From Bacteroidota bacterium (GTDB lineage: Bacteria; Bacteroidota; Bacteroidia; Bacteroidales; JAAUTT01): a DNA stretch of 64,000 nt. Below, in pieces: positions 9,813 through 20,046 of the stretch (positions are counted from its first letter, which is position 1; every line of letters starts with the position of its first letter). The stretch covers positions 38,974-102,973 of the forward strand of contig JAJYAG010000002.1 of assembly GCA_021779665.1 (NCBI GenBank), read 5' to 3'. The notes below the pieces were generated by a model. It saw nothing but the letters and a program-made list of their open reading frames with translations, had not been told where the DNA came from and ran no database searches. The position numbers and the translations under genes were made by a program.

Positions 9813-12302
9813 ATGAAAAAACTTTTCTTCAGCATTTTATTTATCCTATTCTTTTACCGTGGCTTTGCCCAGCAAGCTTCAGATCCGCTGGAGCAACGGA
9901 TCGACTCTCTCATGAAGCAAATGAGCATGCAGGAAAAGATAGAACAGCTCTATTATAACACCGATGGCAACAAACGTCTGGGAATTCCGCAGTTCAAAGG
10001 GAGTGACGGTCCGCATGGTATTGGCAACAATGCAAAAGGTTTTTCGAGTTTCCCGGTTACCATTGCCATGGCGGCAACCTGGGATCCTGGATTAATTACC
10101 CGTGCCGGCAGAGCAATAGCATTGGAACAGGCTGCCCGTGGTCGCGACCGCATAGCCGGACCTACACTCGATATGCTTATCGATCCCCGCATCGGGCGTG
10201 CTCCCGAAACCATTGGCGAAGATCCGTTCCTGGGTGGTCGCATCACCGAGGCTTTTGTGCTGGGACAAAATACAACTTCTGTTTTTGGAACCATCAAGCA
10301 TTACAATTTAAATACCTACGAAATAAACCGTCGTACCAACAATTACCTGAGCGACGAACGTTCGCTTGTTGAGTTCTGGGGTTATCACTGGAAGCGGACA
10401 ATCCAGCAGGGTGGCGCCATTTCGGTGATGTGCGCCTACAACTGGGTGAATGGCGATAAATGTGCCGAAAACAGTTTTCTGATCAAAACATTGCTTCGTG
10501 ACCTGTGGGGTTTTAACTATTACACCATGAGCGACTGGGGTGGTTTTGGTTCAACGGGAAAAGCTCTGAAGTCAGAACTCGACTTCTGCGAAGGAAACGA
10601 TTTGTACATCAAAGAACTACCGGCAGGCGTGAAGAGCGGTCAGTTCGACAGCACGCTGGTGTTGCGTGCTGTAAGAAATGTTTTGCGCACCAAAATTGTT
10701 TCGGGTATGATCGATGGCGTTCCGGTTGTCCCTAAAACGGTTATCGACAGCAAAGAGCATCGCGAACTTGTTTACGAAAGCGGCCTTAAAGGCCTTGTTC
10801 TGCTGAAAAACAAGGATAACATCCTGCCATTCCAAAAGGAAAAAATAAAATCCATTGCTATTATCGGGCCCAACGCCGCCGTGCTTCCACTCGATGGAAA
10901 CAGCAGCTCAAGGGTTGTACCTTCGTACCGCATTCCGGTAGAAAGAGCAGTACGTGCAATGTTGGGCGACAATCGCGTAACTTATACCAAAGGTTGCAAT
11001 ATCAACGATCGCAACATCAGCCTTTTTGCTGAAGCACTGGAAGCTGCCCGTAAGTCGGAATATGTGCTTTTTGTTGCCGGGTTGGACAGCACGGTTGAAG
11101 GAGAAGGATATTTCCTCGATAAAGAAGCCGACGAAAAAGGCGGAGGCACGGTAACCCGTCCCGACAGACCATCAAAAACGGTTTTGCTGCCCGGTTTGCA
11201 GAACGATCTGATCAACGAAATTGCAAAAGTAAATCCCAATATTGTGGTGGTCGTGATTTCAGGAGGCACTTGCAGTGTAACTCCGGTTATCAATCAGGTA
11301 AAAGGACTTGTGTATGCCTTCTACCCAGGACAGGAAGGCGGACGTGCAATTGCCGATGTATTGTTTGGCAACTATAATCCTTCGGGTAAACTGCCGGCTA
11401 CCATTCCAAAGGATGATGCCCAGATAATTCCTATCTCTCCCGATTTCCGAAACCTTGTAAGCAAAGGAGTCGGCTACCGTTGGTTCGACTCGCAGAACCT
11501 GACACCCGAATTTGCCTTTGGCTTTGGGTTAAGCTATACTTCATTCGAATATTCCAATATAAAGCTCAATAAAACTCAGGCAAAAGCGGGTGATTTTATT
11601 GAGGTTTCTTTCAATCTTAAAAATACAGGAAAACTTGTAGGTGAAGAAGTGGCGCAGCTTTATCTTTCTTCCGGAAATATTCTTCCGGCGCTACCTATGC
11701 CTAAAAAGCAGCTCCGGGGTTTTCAGAAGGTAATGCTTCAGCCCGGCGAAACAAAAAAAGTTACTCTAACCCTGACTCCTGAAGAATTTTATATATTCAA
11801 CGAACAAACAAAATCTTACCAGGTACCCACGGGAGAATTTACTGTGCTTGTTGGGGGCTCATCGGACAGACTGCCTCTGAAGGCGAAATTCACACTCACT
11901 AAAGCTCCAGGGAAGCCCGACTTTTCAGTGAAGAATATTCGCACCATACCAGCTTTCCCTAAAGAGGGTGATGAAGTTATTTTCATGGCTTCGTTGATCA
12001 ACAATGGAACCGCAGCTTCACCAAAAGGAGTACCTCACACGGTACGATTTTTTGTGGATGACAAAGAAGTTGCCTTGTATTCGTCAAACGCCGTTTCAAT
12101 TCCGGTTGGAGGTATGGAGATGGTGTGTGCTCAGGGAATTTGGAAAGCTTCCCATGGTGAATTCAGGGTGACTGCCAAAGTTGAAGCGGGAGCCAAAAAC
12201 GATCTTAACCTCTCCAATAATTCCAGTGAGGGAATACTTACAATTCCAAATGGTAAAGTAATTCCTCTGGAAATTTCAAAAATCATTAATCAGGAAAAGT
12301 AA
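9813..12302 (+). CDS. Glycoside hydrolase family 3 (beta-glucosidase/beta-xylosidase) with C-terminal Fn3-like and extra beta-sandwich domains
   Basis: GH3 motifs are present: GSDGPHGI, KHYNLN, MSDWGG (nucleophile Asp), GYRWFD and FGFGLSYTSF. The start was moved to ATG 9813 (MKKLFFSILF signal peptide) from the TTG at 9762. Confidence 0.85.
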   Translation: MKKLFFSILFILFFYRGFAQQASDPLEQRIDSLMKQMSMQEKIEQLYYNTDGNKRLGIPQFKGSDGPHGIGNNAKGFSSFPVTIAMAATWDPGLITRAGRAIALEQAARGRDRIAGPTLDMLIDPRIGRAPETIGEDPFLGGRITEAFVLGQNTTSVFGTIKHYNLNTYEINRRTNNYLSDERSLVEFWGYHWKRTIQQGGAISVMCAYNWVNGDKCAENSFLIKTLLRDLWGFNYYTMSDWGGFGSTGKALKSELDFCEGNDLYIKELPAGVKSGQFDSTLVLRAVRNVLRTKIVSGMIDGVPVVPKTVIDSKEHRELVYESGLKGLVLLKNKDNILPFQKEKIKSIAIIGPNAAVLPLDGNSSSRVVPSYRIPVERAVRAMLGDNRVTYTKGCNINDRNISLFAEALEAARKSEYVLFVAGLDSTVEGEGYFLDKEADEKGGGTVTRPDRPSKTVLLPGLQNDLINEIAKVNPNIVVVVISGGTCSVTPVINQVKGLVYAFYPGQEGGRAIADVLFGNYNPSGKLPATIPKDDAQIIPISPDFRNLVSKGVGYRWFDSQNLTPEFAFGFGLSYTSFEYSNIKLNKTQAKAGDFIEVSFNLKNTGKLVGEEVAQLYLSSGNILPALPMPKKQLRGFQKVMLQPGETKKVTLTLTPEEFYIFNEQTKSYQVPTGEFTVLVGGSSDRLPLKAKFTLTKAPGKPDFSVKNIRTIPAFPKEGDEVIFMASLINNGTAASPKGVPHTVRFFVDDKEVALYSSNAVSIPVGGMEMVCAQGIWKASHGEFRVTAKVEAGAKNDLNLSNNSSEGILTIPNGKVIPLEISKIINQEK

Positions 12303-12305
12303 AAA

Positions 12306-14639
12306 ATGAAGAGACTGATATATGCACTTGTTTTAATCAGCCTGCTGCTTATTTGCGGGTTGATGTATGTTGAGGCACAGCAAAAACCGGTTTATAAGGA
12401 TGCTTCGGCTCCAGTTGAATTGAGAGTAAAGGATCTGCTTTCGCGCATGACGCTTGAAGAAAAATGCAGGCAGATTGATATCTGGCACCCAAAGGTGGAT
12501 GTAAGCAAGCCCGGAATTTTGAACCAGGCATTGGCTGCTTTGGGCGATACCGTTAAAAATGGAATTGGATTTTTGCAGTTTAAGGTTGAAATGAGTCAGA
12601 GCGAATATGCTGCGCGTTTCAATGCTGTTCAAAAATATCTTGTGGAACAAACAAGACTTGGCATCCCTGCAATTTCTAATGGCGAAGGATGCCATGGCTT
12701 TGTAGGAAATGAGGATAAACCTACAGTTTTTCCCGCTCCGCCACTTTTGGGCAGCACTTGGGATACAACACTGATTGAGAGTGTTTATGCAGCTGTTGCC
12801 AAAGAAATGCGCAGCTATGGAATTACACATGCAGCCACTCCGGTAATCGACCTGCTGCGCGATCCCCGGTTCGGCCGATCGGACGAGATGCTGGGCGAAG
12901 ATCCGTATCATGTTGCCATGATGGGTGTGGGAGCAATTTTGGGTTTGCAGGGAAGGTTGGAACGTATCGGCGAAAATCATGTAATTGCTTGTGCCAAACA
13001 TTTTGCTGGGCATGGTCAGCCCGAAGGTGGCACCAACCTTGCACCGGCAAACTTTTCGGAACGGGTTTTACGTGAGGTCCATTTCTTTCCTTTCGAAATG
13101 GCAGTGAAAAAGGCGAATGTCCGCACAGTAATGGCATCTTACAACGAGATTGACGGAATTCCAAACCATGCCAACTCATGGCTTCTGAACGATGTTTTGC
13201 GCGGCGAATGGGGATTTACGGGATATGTAATTTCCGATTACGATGCTGTAAACAGGATGGTATCCCGACAACATGCGAGCCTGAACCAGGCTGAAGCCGG
13301 AAAACGCGCCATCAATGCAGGAATGGATTTTGAATGTCCCAGCAGCTGGAAGGATTATTGTTTCCGGTATCTGCCTTCGCTCATCAAAGCCGGCCAGGTG
13401 AAGGAGTCGGTTTTGGACTCGGCAGTTGCACGGGTGCTGCGCAATAAATTTTTGCTGGGCTTGTTCGAGCAGCCTTATGTAAAAATCATCCCGGCGAATG
13501 AAGTTCAGGAAATGCAGCAAAAGCACCGTCAAATTGCATTGAAAGCTGCTGAAGAGGGTTTGATATTACTTAAAAATGAAAACAACACTTTGCCTTTCGA
13601 CGCGGGTAAAATCAAAAGGCTGGCTGTGATTGGCCCAAATGCCGATGAGGTTCACTATGGCAATTATTCGAACGACAAAACTCCCGGTGCAAGCATTCTT
13701 GAAGGATTAAAAACCTTTGGAAGGGGAAAGTATGAAGTTTTCTATTCCGAAGGTTATAAGATTTATGAAAACGACACCACAATTCAGCAAACCGATAAAA
13801 CTCCCGAAGCCGAAAACCGTCGGATTGCTTCAGCTGTTGAACTCGCCCGTACCTGCGATGCGGTTCTGCTTGTAATGGGTGGAAACGAGCTTACATGCCG
13901 CGAAGAATGGAAAGGGCATACAGGCGATTATTACGATCTGGACCTGCTTGGACGGCAAAATGACCTTGCGGCCCAAATTTTTGCTCTTGGCAAACAAACT
14001 GCGGTAATATTGATTAATGGCCGGCCCCAATCGGTTAATTACCTCGCGGAAAAAGCTCCTGCAATCATAGAAGGATGGTATCCGGGACAGGAACAGGGCA
14101 CGGCAGTTGCTAATATCGTATTTGGGAAAGTAAATCCCTCGGGCAAACTGGCTGTGACAATCCCCCGCCATGTGGGTCAGCTGCCGGTTTACTACAATCA
14201 CAAACCTTATGTACACGAGAGTCCTTACATCAATGGTGAATATTCGCCTTTGTTCCCTTTCGGTTTTGGGTTAAGCTACACGAAATTCACTTATTCGAAC
14301 CTCAACCTTTCAAGCAAAAAAGTAATTGCCGGCGAACCAATTAAAGTAAGTATTGAGGTTAAGAACACCGGCGACTGTGATGGCGACGAAATAGTGCAGC
14401 TCTACATCCGCGATATGGTAAGCTCCGTTACCCGACCGGTGCAGGAACTGAAAGATTTTACCCGCATACATCTCAAACAGGGCGAAACAAAAATCATTTC
14501 GTTTCTGGTAACTGCCGATAAACTGCAATATTACGGATTGGACATGAAGCGCATTGTGGAACCAGGCGAATTTGAGGTTAAGGTTGGAAAAAGTTCTGTC
14601 GATTTCTTATCTGCAAAGTTCGAAGTGATAAGTCAGTAA
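12306..14639 (+). CDS. Glycoside hydrolase family 3 (BglX-like beta-glucosidase/xylosidase)
   Basis: 777 aa with a signal peptide. Motifs: RFGRSDEMLGEDPY, KHFAGHG, GYVISDYDA and FPFGFGLSYTKF. Confidence 0.85.
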   Translation: MKRLIYALVLISLLLICGLMYVEAQQKPVYKDASAPVELRVKDLLSRMTLEEKCRQIDIWHPKVDVSKPGILNQALAALGDTVKNGIGFLQFKVEMSQSEYAARFNAVQKYLVEQTRLGIPAISNGEGCHGFVGNEDKPTVFPAPPLLGSTWDTTLIESVYAAVAKEMRSYGITHAATPVIDLLRDPRFGRSDEMLGEDPYHVAMMGVGAILGLQGRLERIGENHVIACAKHFAGHGQPEGGTNLAPANFSERVLREVHFFPFEMAVKKANVRTVMASYNEIDGIPNHANSWLLNDVLRGEWGFTGYVISDYDAVNRMVSRQHASLNQAEAGKRAINAGMDFECPSSWKDYCFRYLPSLIKAGQVKESVLDSAVARVLRNKFLLGLFEQPYVKIIPANEVQEMQQKHRQIALKAAEEGLILLKNENNTLPFDAGKIKRLAVIGPNADEVHYGNYSNDKTPGASILEGLKTFGRGKYEVFYSEGYKIYENDTTIQQTDKTPEAENRRIASAVELARTCDAVLLVMGGNELTCREEWKGHTGDYYDLDLLGRQNDLAAQIFALGKQTAVILINGRPQSVNYLAEKAPAIIEGWYPGQEQGTAVANIVFGKVNPSGKLAVTIPRHVGQLPVYYNHKPYVHESPYINGEYSPLFPFGFGLSYTKFTYSNLNLSSKKVIAGEPIKVSIEVKNTGDCDGDEIVQLYIRDMVSSVTRPVQELKDFTRIHLKQGETKIISFLVTADKLQYYGLDMKRIVEPGEFEVKVGKSSVDFLSAKFEVISQ

Positions 14640-14666
14640 TTTGATAGCTTTGAAAAAACTACTGTG

Positions 14667-17609
14667 ATGAAAATTTTACTTGTTTTAATAGCTGTGTTTC
14701 ATTTCTGGTCAGCCTTAACCGGTGCCCAAGTTAAAAGTAAATCTGTTTTCCAGGATCGGTTGGCCGATTCTACAGCAGTTTATTTTACTCCGGCCTATTT
14801 CAAAATTACAACCGATGGGAAAACCGATGTTTCGGATGCACTGCAGGAGGCTATCAGCAAGCTGAAATCGAAGCGCGACTGCGGTATTGTTTTCATCCCG
14901 GAAGGAAAATACCGCGTTGGGAAAACCATTTATATTCCTGTAGGCATCCGTTTGACAGGTTACGGGAAAAACCGACCGGTGATGATTCTTGCAAAAAATA
15001 CCACTGGTTACCAGAAGAGCGATTCTGTAAAGCAATTCAGATATATGTTCTGGTTTGTGGGCGACTATAACCCAACAACCCGTCAGATTGCAGATGCAAA
15101 TGCAAGTACTTTTTACAGTGCTTTTTCAAATATCGATGTCTCGATTGAGGATGGTAACGATAATGCCGTGGCGTTTCGCACGCATTATGCGCAGAACAGT
15201 TTTTTAAGTCATGTTGACATTCACATAAACAAAGGGTTAGCAGGTATTCACGAGGTTGGAAATGAGATTGAAGATGTGCGGTTTTTCGGAGGTGACTATG
15301 GCATTATGGCAACAAAAACATCTCCGGGATGGCAGTATGTGATGCTCGACACTTATTTTGAAGGTCAGCGCAAAGCAGCAGTCAAGACTGAGGAAGCGGG
15401 TCTTACCATCACCAGGATGACGGCCCGCAATATGCCGGTGGTAATTGACATCAATCCTGATAAAATTGAAAAGTTATTCCTTCAGGATAGTCAGTTCGAT
15501 AACATCAGCAGTTCGGCAATCAACATCAGCAACGACCTTAATCCTTTGAACCAGGTAAGCATCCGCAACGTGGACTGCCGGAAGACTCCTGTCTTTGCAA
15601 CCTTCCGCCGCAGCGGCAAACAGATTGCCGGAACCGGACTTATTTACAAGGTGAAAAATCTGATTTCGGGTTTGCAAATTGATGGCCTTGAAAAAGAAGC
15701 CGAAATAAAGACCACTCATGAAATTGTTGAACTGAAATCATTGCCAAACCCCGTTCCGTCAGACATTCCTGTTTTCCCTGCTACCAGCAGCTGGGTGAAT
15801 ATAAAATCCCTTGGTGCAAAAGGCGACGGCATCACTGATGATTACGCTGTGATAAGCGCGGCCATCGAAAAATATCAAACCATCTATTTCCCGCAAGGCT
15901 GGTATCGTGTTTCCCAGACTGTTAAAATGAAGCCAAGCTCAGCTTTAATCGGCTTGCATCCTGTCTCAACACAACTTATTCTTGCAAATAACACCTTGTC
16001 CTTTGCCGGTTTTGGTGCACCAAAAGCATTGCTGGAGACTTCCGCAGGCGGGTCAAATATTTTCAGCGGCATCGGTTTGAATACAAACATCGATAACCCG
16101 CGGGCAGTGGCTTGTAAATGGATGGCCGGAGCAAACTCTTACATGAACGATGTAAAAATTGTAGGTGGCCATGGCGCTTTGCTCAATACCCCCGAGGGTT
16201 TGCTCAGAGAAGCTCCCGACCGCACACCCAAAGGGATGGCAGGAGACGAGAATTCCTGGGATGGCCAATACTGGAGCTTATGGGTTACCCATGGTGGTGG
16301 CGGAATATTCAAGGATATCTGGTCGGCCCATACCTGTGCCACTTCAGGTTTATATGTTTCGGATACAAACACACCCGGACGGATGTACCTCTTTTCGGCA
16401 GAGCATCATGTGCGTAATGAGGTGCGTTTTAAAAATGTTTCGAACTGGCAGATTCATGCACTTCAGCTTGAGGAAGAAGGTCGCGAAAGCTGGAATTGTC
16501 AGCCGCTTGAAATTGAAAATTGCCTTCACTTGCTTTTTACCAATATTTTTATGTACCGGGTTTCGCGGGTCATCAATCCTTACCCTCAGGGCATCCGCAC
16601 CTGGAACAGCAGAGACATTGAATTCCTCAACGTTCATAATATCTCCCAAACCAAATTTGCTTTCGATAATTCACTTTACAACATAAACGGCCAACAGGAA
16701 GTTCACGAACGTGAGTTTACGAGGTTGTACCTGGACAAATTCAACAATCCGGAAGATGACAAAACCGGCAGTGTAATTAAACTGGCTACAGGTTTTGAAT
16801 TTGCCAACGGACTTTGTCACGACAGCAAAGGAAACATCTACTTTTGCGATTCACGCTGGAAACGCGTCATGAAATGGTCGGCCGAAACGAACACGATTTC
16901 CATGGTGTGCGATTTTCCTTGGGAACCATTGTCTCTGGGCTGCGATAGAAACGATAACCTTTTGGTTGTTTTCAAATACATTCCCAAAAAAGGTTTTCCT
17001 TTTAATGGTAAACCCGAAACAGCTGGTGCAAAAGAAGATGGTATTGTCTACAGTGGTTGGGGAATTCCGCGGTTTGGCGTCTTGGCTTATGCAATCAATC
17101 CCGATCGCCCCGAAGAGACAATTCAGTTACTCCGAAAAGTTTCGATGGATTCTTTAAAAAGCATTCATAAGGCACTTTATCCTGTTTACAGACAATCGTT
17201 CAATTCAATTTCAATTAAAGAATGTTACCTGGCTCCGGACAATGAAACCATTATTCCCATTTGTAACGAGATGAGCAGGTCGAGTGCCATGGTTGAAGCC
17301 TTCCCGGGAAAATCTCTATTAATCCTGGACGATAATCTGAAAAGAATTGTAAAATGCAATGTTGCCAGAAACGGAAAACTTTCAAATATGGCTCCGTTTG
17401 TCGAAACTGGTGAATACGGCATTGCAGAAGGACCTGATAACAGAATTTACATCGCTGCCGGCGAAATTTATGTGTATGATCAGGCAGGAAATCTGACCGG
17501 AAAAATAAAGGTTCCTGAACGCCCAACAAACCTAAGTTTTGGCGGAAAAGATGGCAGGGCCCTTTTCGTTGCAGCGGGAACATCATTGTATGCGCTAATT
17601 ATTAAGTAA
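14667..17609 (+). CDS. Secreted protein with two pectate-lyase-fold (right-handed beta-helix, GH55/GH28-related) modules fused to a C-terminal SMP-30/gluconolactonase-like beta-propeller
   Basis: The beta-helix N-cap motif occurs twice (TDVSDALQEAISKL...VFIPEGKYRV and GDGITDDYAVISAAIEKYQTIYFPQGWYRV). The C-terminus has SMP-30-like strings (DSKGNIYFCDSRWKRVMKW, PTNLSFGGKDGRALFVAAGTSLY). Confidence 0.55.
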   Translation: MKILLVLIAVFHFWSALTGAQVKSKSVFQDRLADSTAVYFTPAYFKITTDGKTDVSDALQEAISKLKSKRDCGIVFIPEGKYRVGKTIYIPVGIRLTGYGKNRPVMILAKNTTGYQKSDSVKQFRYMFWFVGDYNPTTRQIADANASTFYSAFSNIDVSIEDGNDNAVAFRTHYAQNSFLSHVDIHINKGLAGIHEVGNEIEDVRFFGGDYGIMATKTSPGWQYVMLDTYFEGQRKAAVKTEEAGLTITRMTARNMPVVIDINPDKIEKLFLQDSQFDNISSSAINISNDLNPLNQVSIRNVDCRKTPVFATFRRSGKQIAGTGLIYKVKNLISGLQIDGLEKEAEIKTTHEIVELKSLPNPVPSDIPVFPATSSWVNIKSLGAKGDGITDDYAVISAAIEKYQTIYFPQGWYRVSQTVKMKPSSALIGLHPVSTQLILANNTLSFAGFGAPKALLETSAGGSNIFSGIGLNTNIDNPRAVACKWMAGANSYMNDVKIVGGHGALLNTPEGLLREAPDRTPKGMAGDENSWDGQYWSLWVTHGGGGIFKDIWSAHTCATSGLYVSDTNTPGRMYLFSAEHHVRNEVRFKNVSNWQIHALQLEEEGRESWNCQPLEIENCLHLLFTNIFMYRVSRVINPYPQGIRTWNSRDIEFLNVHNISQTKFAFDNSLYNINGQQEVHEREFTRLYLDKFNNPEDDKTGSVIKLATGFEFANGLCHDSKGNIYFCDSRWKRVMKWSAETNTISMVCDFPWEPLSLGCDRNDNLLVVFKYIPKKGFPFNGKPETAGAKEDGIVYSGWGIPRFGVLAYAINPDRPEETIQLLRKVSMDSLKSIHKALYPVYRQSFNSISIKECYLAPDNETIIPICNEMSRSSAMVEAFPGKSLLILDDNLKRIVKCNVARNGKLSNMAPFVETGEYGIAEGPDNRIYIAAGEIYVYDQAGNLTGKIKVPERPTNLSFGGKDGRALFVAAGTSLYALIIK

Positions 17610-17638
17610 AAATCATTTAAAAACTAATGCTTATTCAG

Positions 17639-18316
17639 ATGAAGTCATCATTTACGCGATTATTAACCGTCGTCACAATTACCTCTGTAATTTCAGGTGC
17701 TCAGGTATTTTCACAACAGAAATATGCCGGTAAACCCTGGAATGGAAGTGTGCAGCAAATTCCGGGAAAAGTTCAGTGCGAGTTTTACGATACTGGTGGA
17801 GAAGGAATTGCTTACCACGACAAAGACTCTGTGAACAACGGCAGTGGGAAACTCAACCCTGCTGACGGAACTTTTTTGAATGAGTTTCGCATGAAGGAAG
17901 GCGTGGATATCTCTTACACTAAATTTCGGGATCCTGCCATCGATAATAATCCTTATAACTTGGTAGAACCCGAAAAAAACAGTCTTTATGCCGGCTGGAC
18001 CGAGCCCGGCGAATGGATTAATTACACCGTGAATGTAAATAAAACCGGTACTTATGCAATCGATCTCATGTACACAGCCAGCGGTGATGGCGAGATTGCT
18101 TTGGAAATTGATGGAAAAACATTAACTTCAGCGTTGAAAATTCCATCCACCCGCAGCGACAAGGAAACTGTTGCCTGGCGTCAGTGGCATCATTGGAACA
18201 GACTTAACCCGCTCGTTACCGTAAAGCTTCAAAAGGGAGTTCATGTGCTGACTTTAAAAACGGTTACGAATGGAAATATGAACTACGATTTTCTGGAATT
18301 CAAACTAATAAAATAA
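17639..18316 (+). CDS. Secreted carbohydrate-binding protein (CBM6-like)
   Basis: Signal peptide. EFYDTGGEGIAYHDKDSVNNGS followed by VDISYT resembles the CBM6 sugar-binding signature. Start moved to ATG 17639. Confidence 0.6.
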   Translation: MKSSFTRLLTVVTITSVISGAQVFSQQKYAGKPWNGSVQQIPGKVQCEFYDTGGEGIAYHDKDSVNNGSGKLNPADGTFLNEFRMKEGVDISYTKFRDPAIDNNPYNLVEPEKNSLYAGWTEPGEWINYTVNVNKTGTYAIDLMYTASGDGEIALEIDGKTLTSALKIPSTRSDKETVAWRQWHHWNRLNPLVTVKLQKGVHVLTLKTVTNGNMNYDFLEFKLIK

Positions 18317-18319
18317 ACT

Positions 18320-19873
18320 ATGAAAAAACATTTCGCCTCGTGGATTAAGTTTTTGAAAGATCCCTTTGCAGCAAGGATTTCGATCATTGTACTGGGAATA
18401 ACCTCTACCGTGTGGTTTCTGGTTAGGGTAATTCCAAAGCCACAACGGGCAACTTATCCATGTATGCGTGCTGCTGCACCGTTGATGTCAGGCTTTGTTA
18501 TCTGGCTGATGGCAACACTCGGAACCACTTTCGCTTTTGTTAAGGCACGTCAGCATTTCCGCCGCACAAGATATGCCGCTGCCGCCTTGTTTGTGCTGGC
18601 AGGTCTGGTTACAGCTTTCTTTATGATGCCCGACTCTCCGGTCAATGCTAAAACCAAAAGCGCCGAACTGAAAATCTGGTATAAGCCCAATGTGCCGCTT
18701 GGTGAAGCCCGTGGAATGTTCCCCGGACGTGTAGCCTGGGGCCATAACCCTAAAATCGCTTCGTGGGACGGCACAACGGGTTTCTGGTGGGAAGACCGTT
18801 TCAACAATCAGCCCGAAACCGACAAGCTTTTTGCCCAGACTCTCTTTACCCTCACCAATACTAAGAACGAGAAAAAAGCCTGGGATGCGCTTTTCCGTTT
18901 CTTCAACAAAAAGAAACACAATACCGATGCGGGGTATAAAGCCGGCCAGAAAGTAGCGATCAAAATTAACCAGAACAACACGCAATCGCTCGAAAGCAGC
19001 GACGAAATCAATGCCAATCCGCAGCTGATCCTTTCTCTGCTAAAGAGTCTGATCAACCAGGGTGGTGTACCTCAGGAAAATATTACGGTTACCGATCCCA
19101 GCCGTTTTATGACGAACAACATTTATGACAAATGCCACGCCGCTTTTCCCAATGTTCATTATGTGGATCATAACGGCGGTAACGGTCGCGAAAAAGCAAC
19201 TTTTGTTGAGAATGCAATTCCCTATTCGGTCGACAATGGCAAAGTGCGCAAAGATTTGGCAACATGTATTGTCGAAGCCGACTACATTATCAACATGGCA
19301 CTGCTGAAAGGACATGTTAGTCAGGGCGTGACCCTTTGTGCCAAGAACTATTTTGGCTGCACCAGCATTGAGGACGACTGGCGCAAGAATGCCCATTCGA
19401 GCGGATTCAGTCAGAACCGCGATGGTTCGCACAAATACCTTGTGTTTGTCGATTACCTCGGTCACAAGGACCTGGGTGAAAAAACAATGCTCTTCCTTAT
19501 CGATGGCATTTATGGCAATAAATTCGTGGATAAGGTTCCGGCTTACAAGTGGAAGCTTGCTCCGTTCAACAACAACTGGCCAAACAGTTTATTTGCATCG
19601 CAGGATGGTGTTGCGATTGATGCTGTAGGTCTCGACTTTATAATTACCGAATGGCCCGATGCTCCCGATATGATGTACAGCGACTATTCCGTAAACGAGA
19701 GTGCGCTGGCCGGTAATCCTCCTTCGGGCGTGGTTTACGATCCCGAAAAAGATGGTACCCGCCTTACAAGCCTTGGCACATCGGAGCATTGGAACAATCC
19801 CGTGGATAAAAAGTATTCGCGCAACCTCAAAACCGGAAATGGTATAGAGCTGGTTTATAAAAAGGTGGAATAA
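18320..19873 (+). CDS. Membrane-anchored DUF362-like protein
   Basis: 517 aa with hydrophobic N-terminal helices. VAIKINQNN and INMALLKGHVSQGVTLCAKNYFG resemble DUF362 motifs. The assignment is from memory only. Confidence 0.45.
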   Translation: MKKHFASWIKFLKDPFAARISIIVLGITSTVWFLVRVIPKPQRATYPCMRAAAPLMSGFVIWLMATLGTTFAFVKARQHFRRTRYAAAALFVLAGLVTAFFMMPDSPVNAKTKSAELKIWYKPNVPLGEARGMFPGRVAWGHNPKIASWDGTTGFWWEDRFNNQPETDKLFAQTLFTLTNTKNEKKAWDALFRFFNKKKHNTDAGYKAGQKVAIKINQNNTQSLESSDEINANPQLILSLLKSLINQGGVPQENITVTDPSRFMTNNIYDKCHAAFPNVHYVDHNGGNGREKATFVENAIPYSVDNGKVRKDLATCIVEADYIINMALLKGHVSQGVTLCAKNYFGCTSIEDDWRKNAHSSGFSQNRDGSHKYLVFVDYLGHKDLGEKTMLFLIDGIYGNKFVDKVPAYKWKLAPFNNNWPNSLFASQDGVAIDAVGLDFIITEWPDAPDMMYSDYSVNESALAGNPPSGVVYDPEKDGTRLTSLGTSEHWNNPVDKKYSRNLKTGNGIELVYKKVE

Positions 19874-19877
19874 AGTC

Positions 19878-19912
19878 AAGCACTGACATGCATTAAAAGC
19901 ATGTCAGTGCTT
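19878..19912 (+). terminator. Strong hairpin terminator ending the first PUL transcription unit
   Basis: A perfect 14-bp stem, AAGCACTGACATGC / GCATGTCAGTGCTT, with a 7-nt loop, 5 nt after the stop codon. Confidence 0.7.
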
Positions 19913-20046
19913 TCATTAAATTATAAACAGAGCATTCTATTTTATCCTCTTAGAGGATACATTTTTGTAGAATATTAATCCTTCTATGAATTCCAACCTT
20001 GTAGAGGTTGCACTGCTACTATTGAATTAACGAAATATCTAATATC

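Noticed and set aside
19944-20010. Small palindromes ATCCTCT-T-AGAGGAT (19944-19958) and CAACCT-TGTAG-AGGTTG (19994-20010) as operators upstream of 20047.
   Set aside because: They are real in the sequence, but they are short, unrelated to each other and not linked to any regulator. That is too weak to call a feature.
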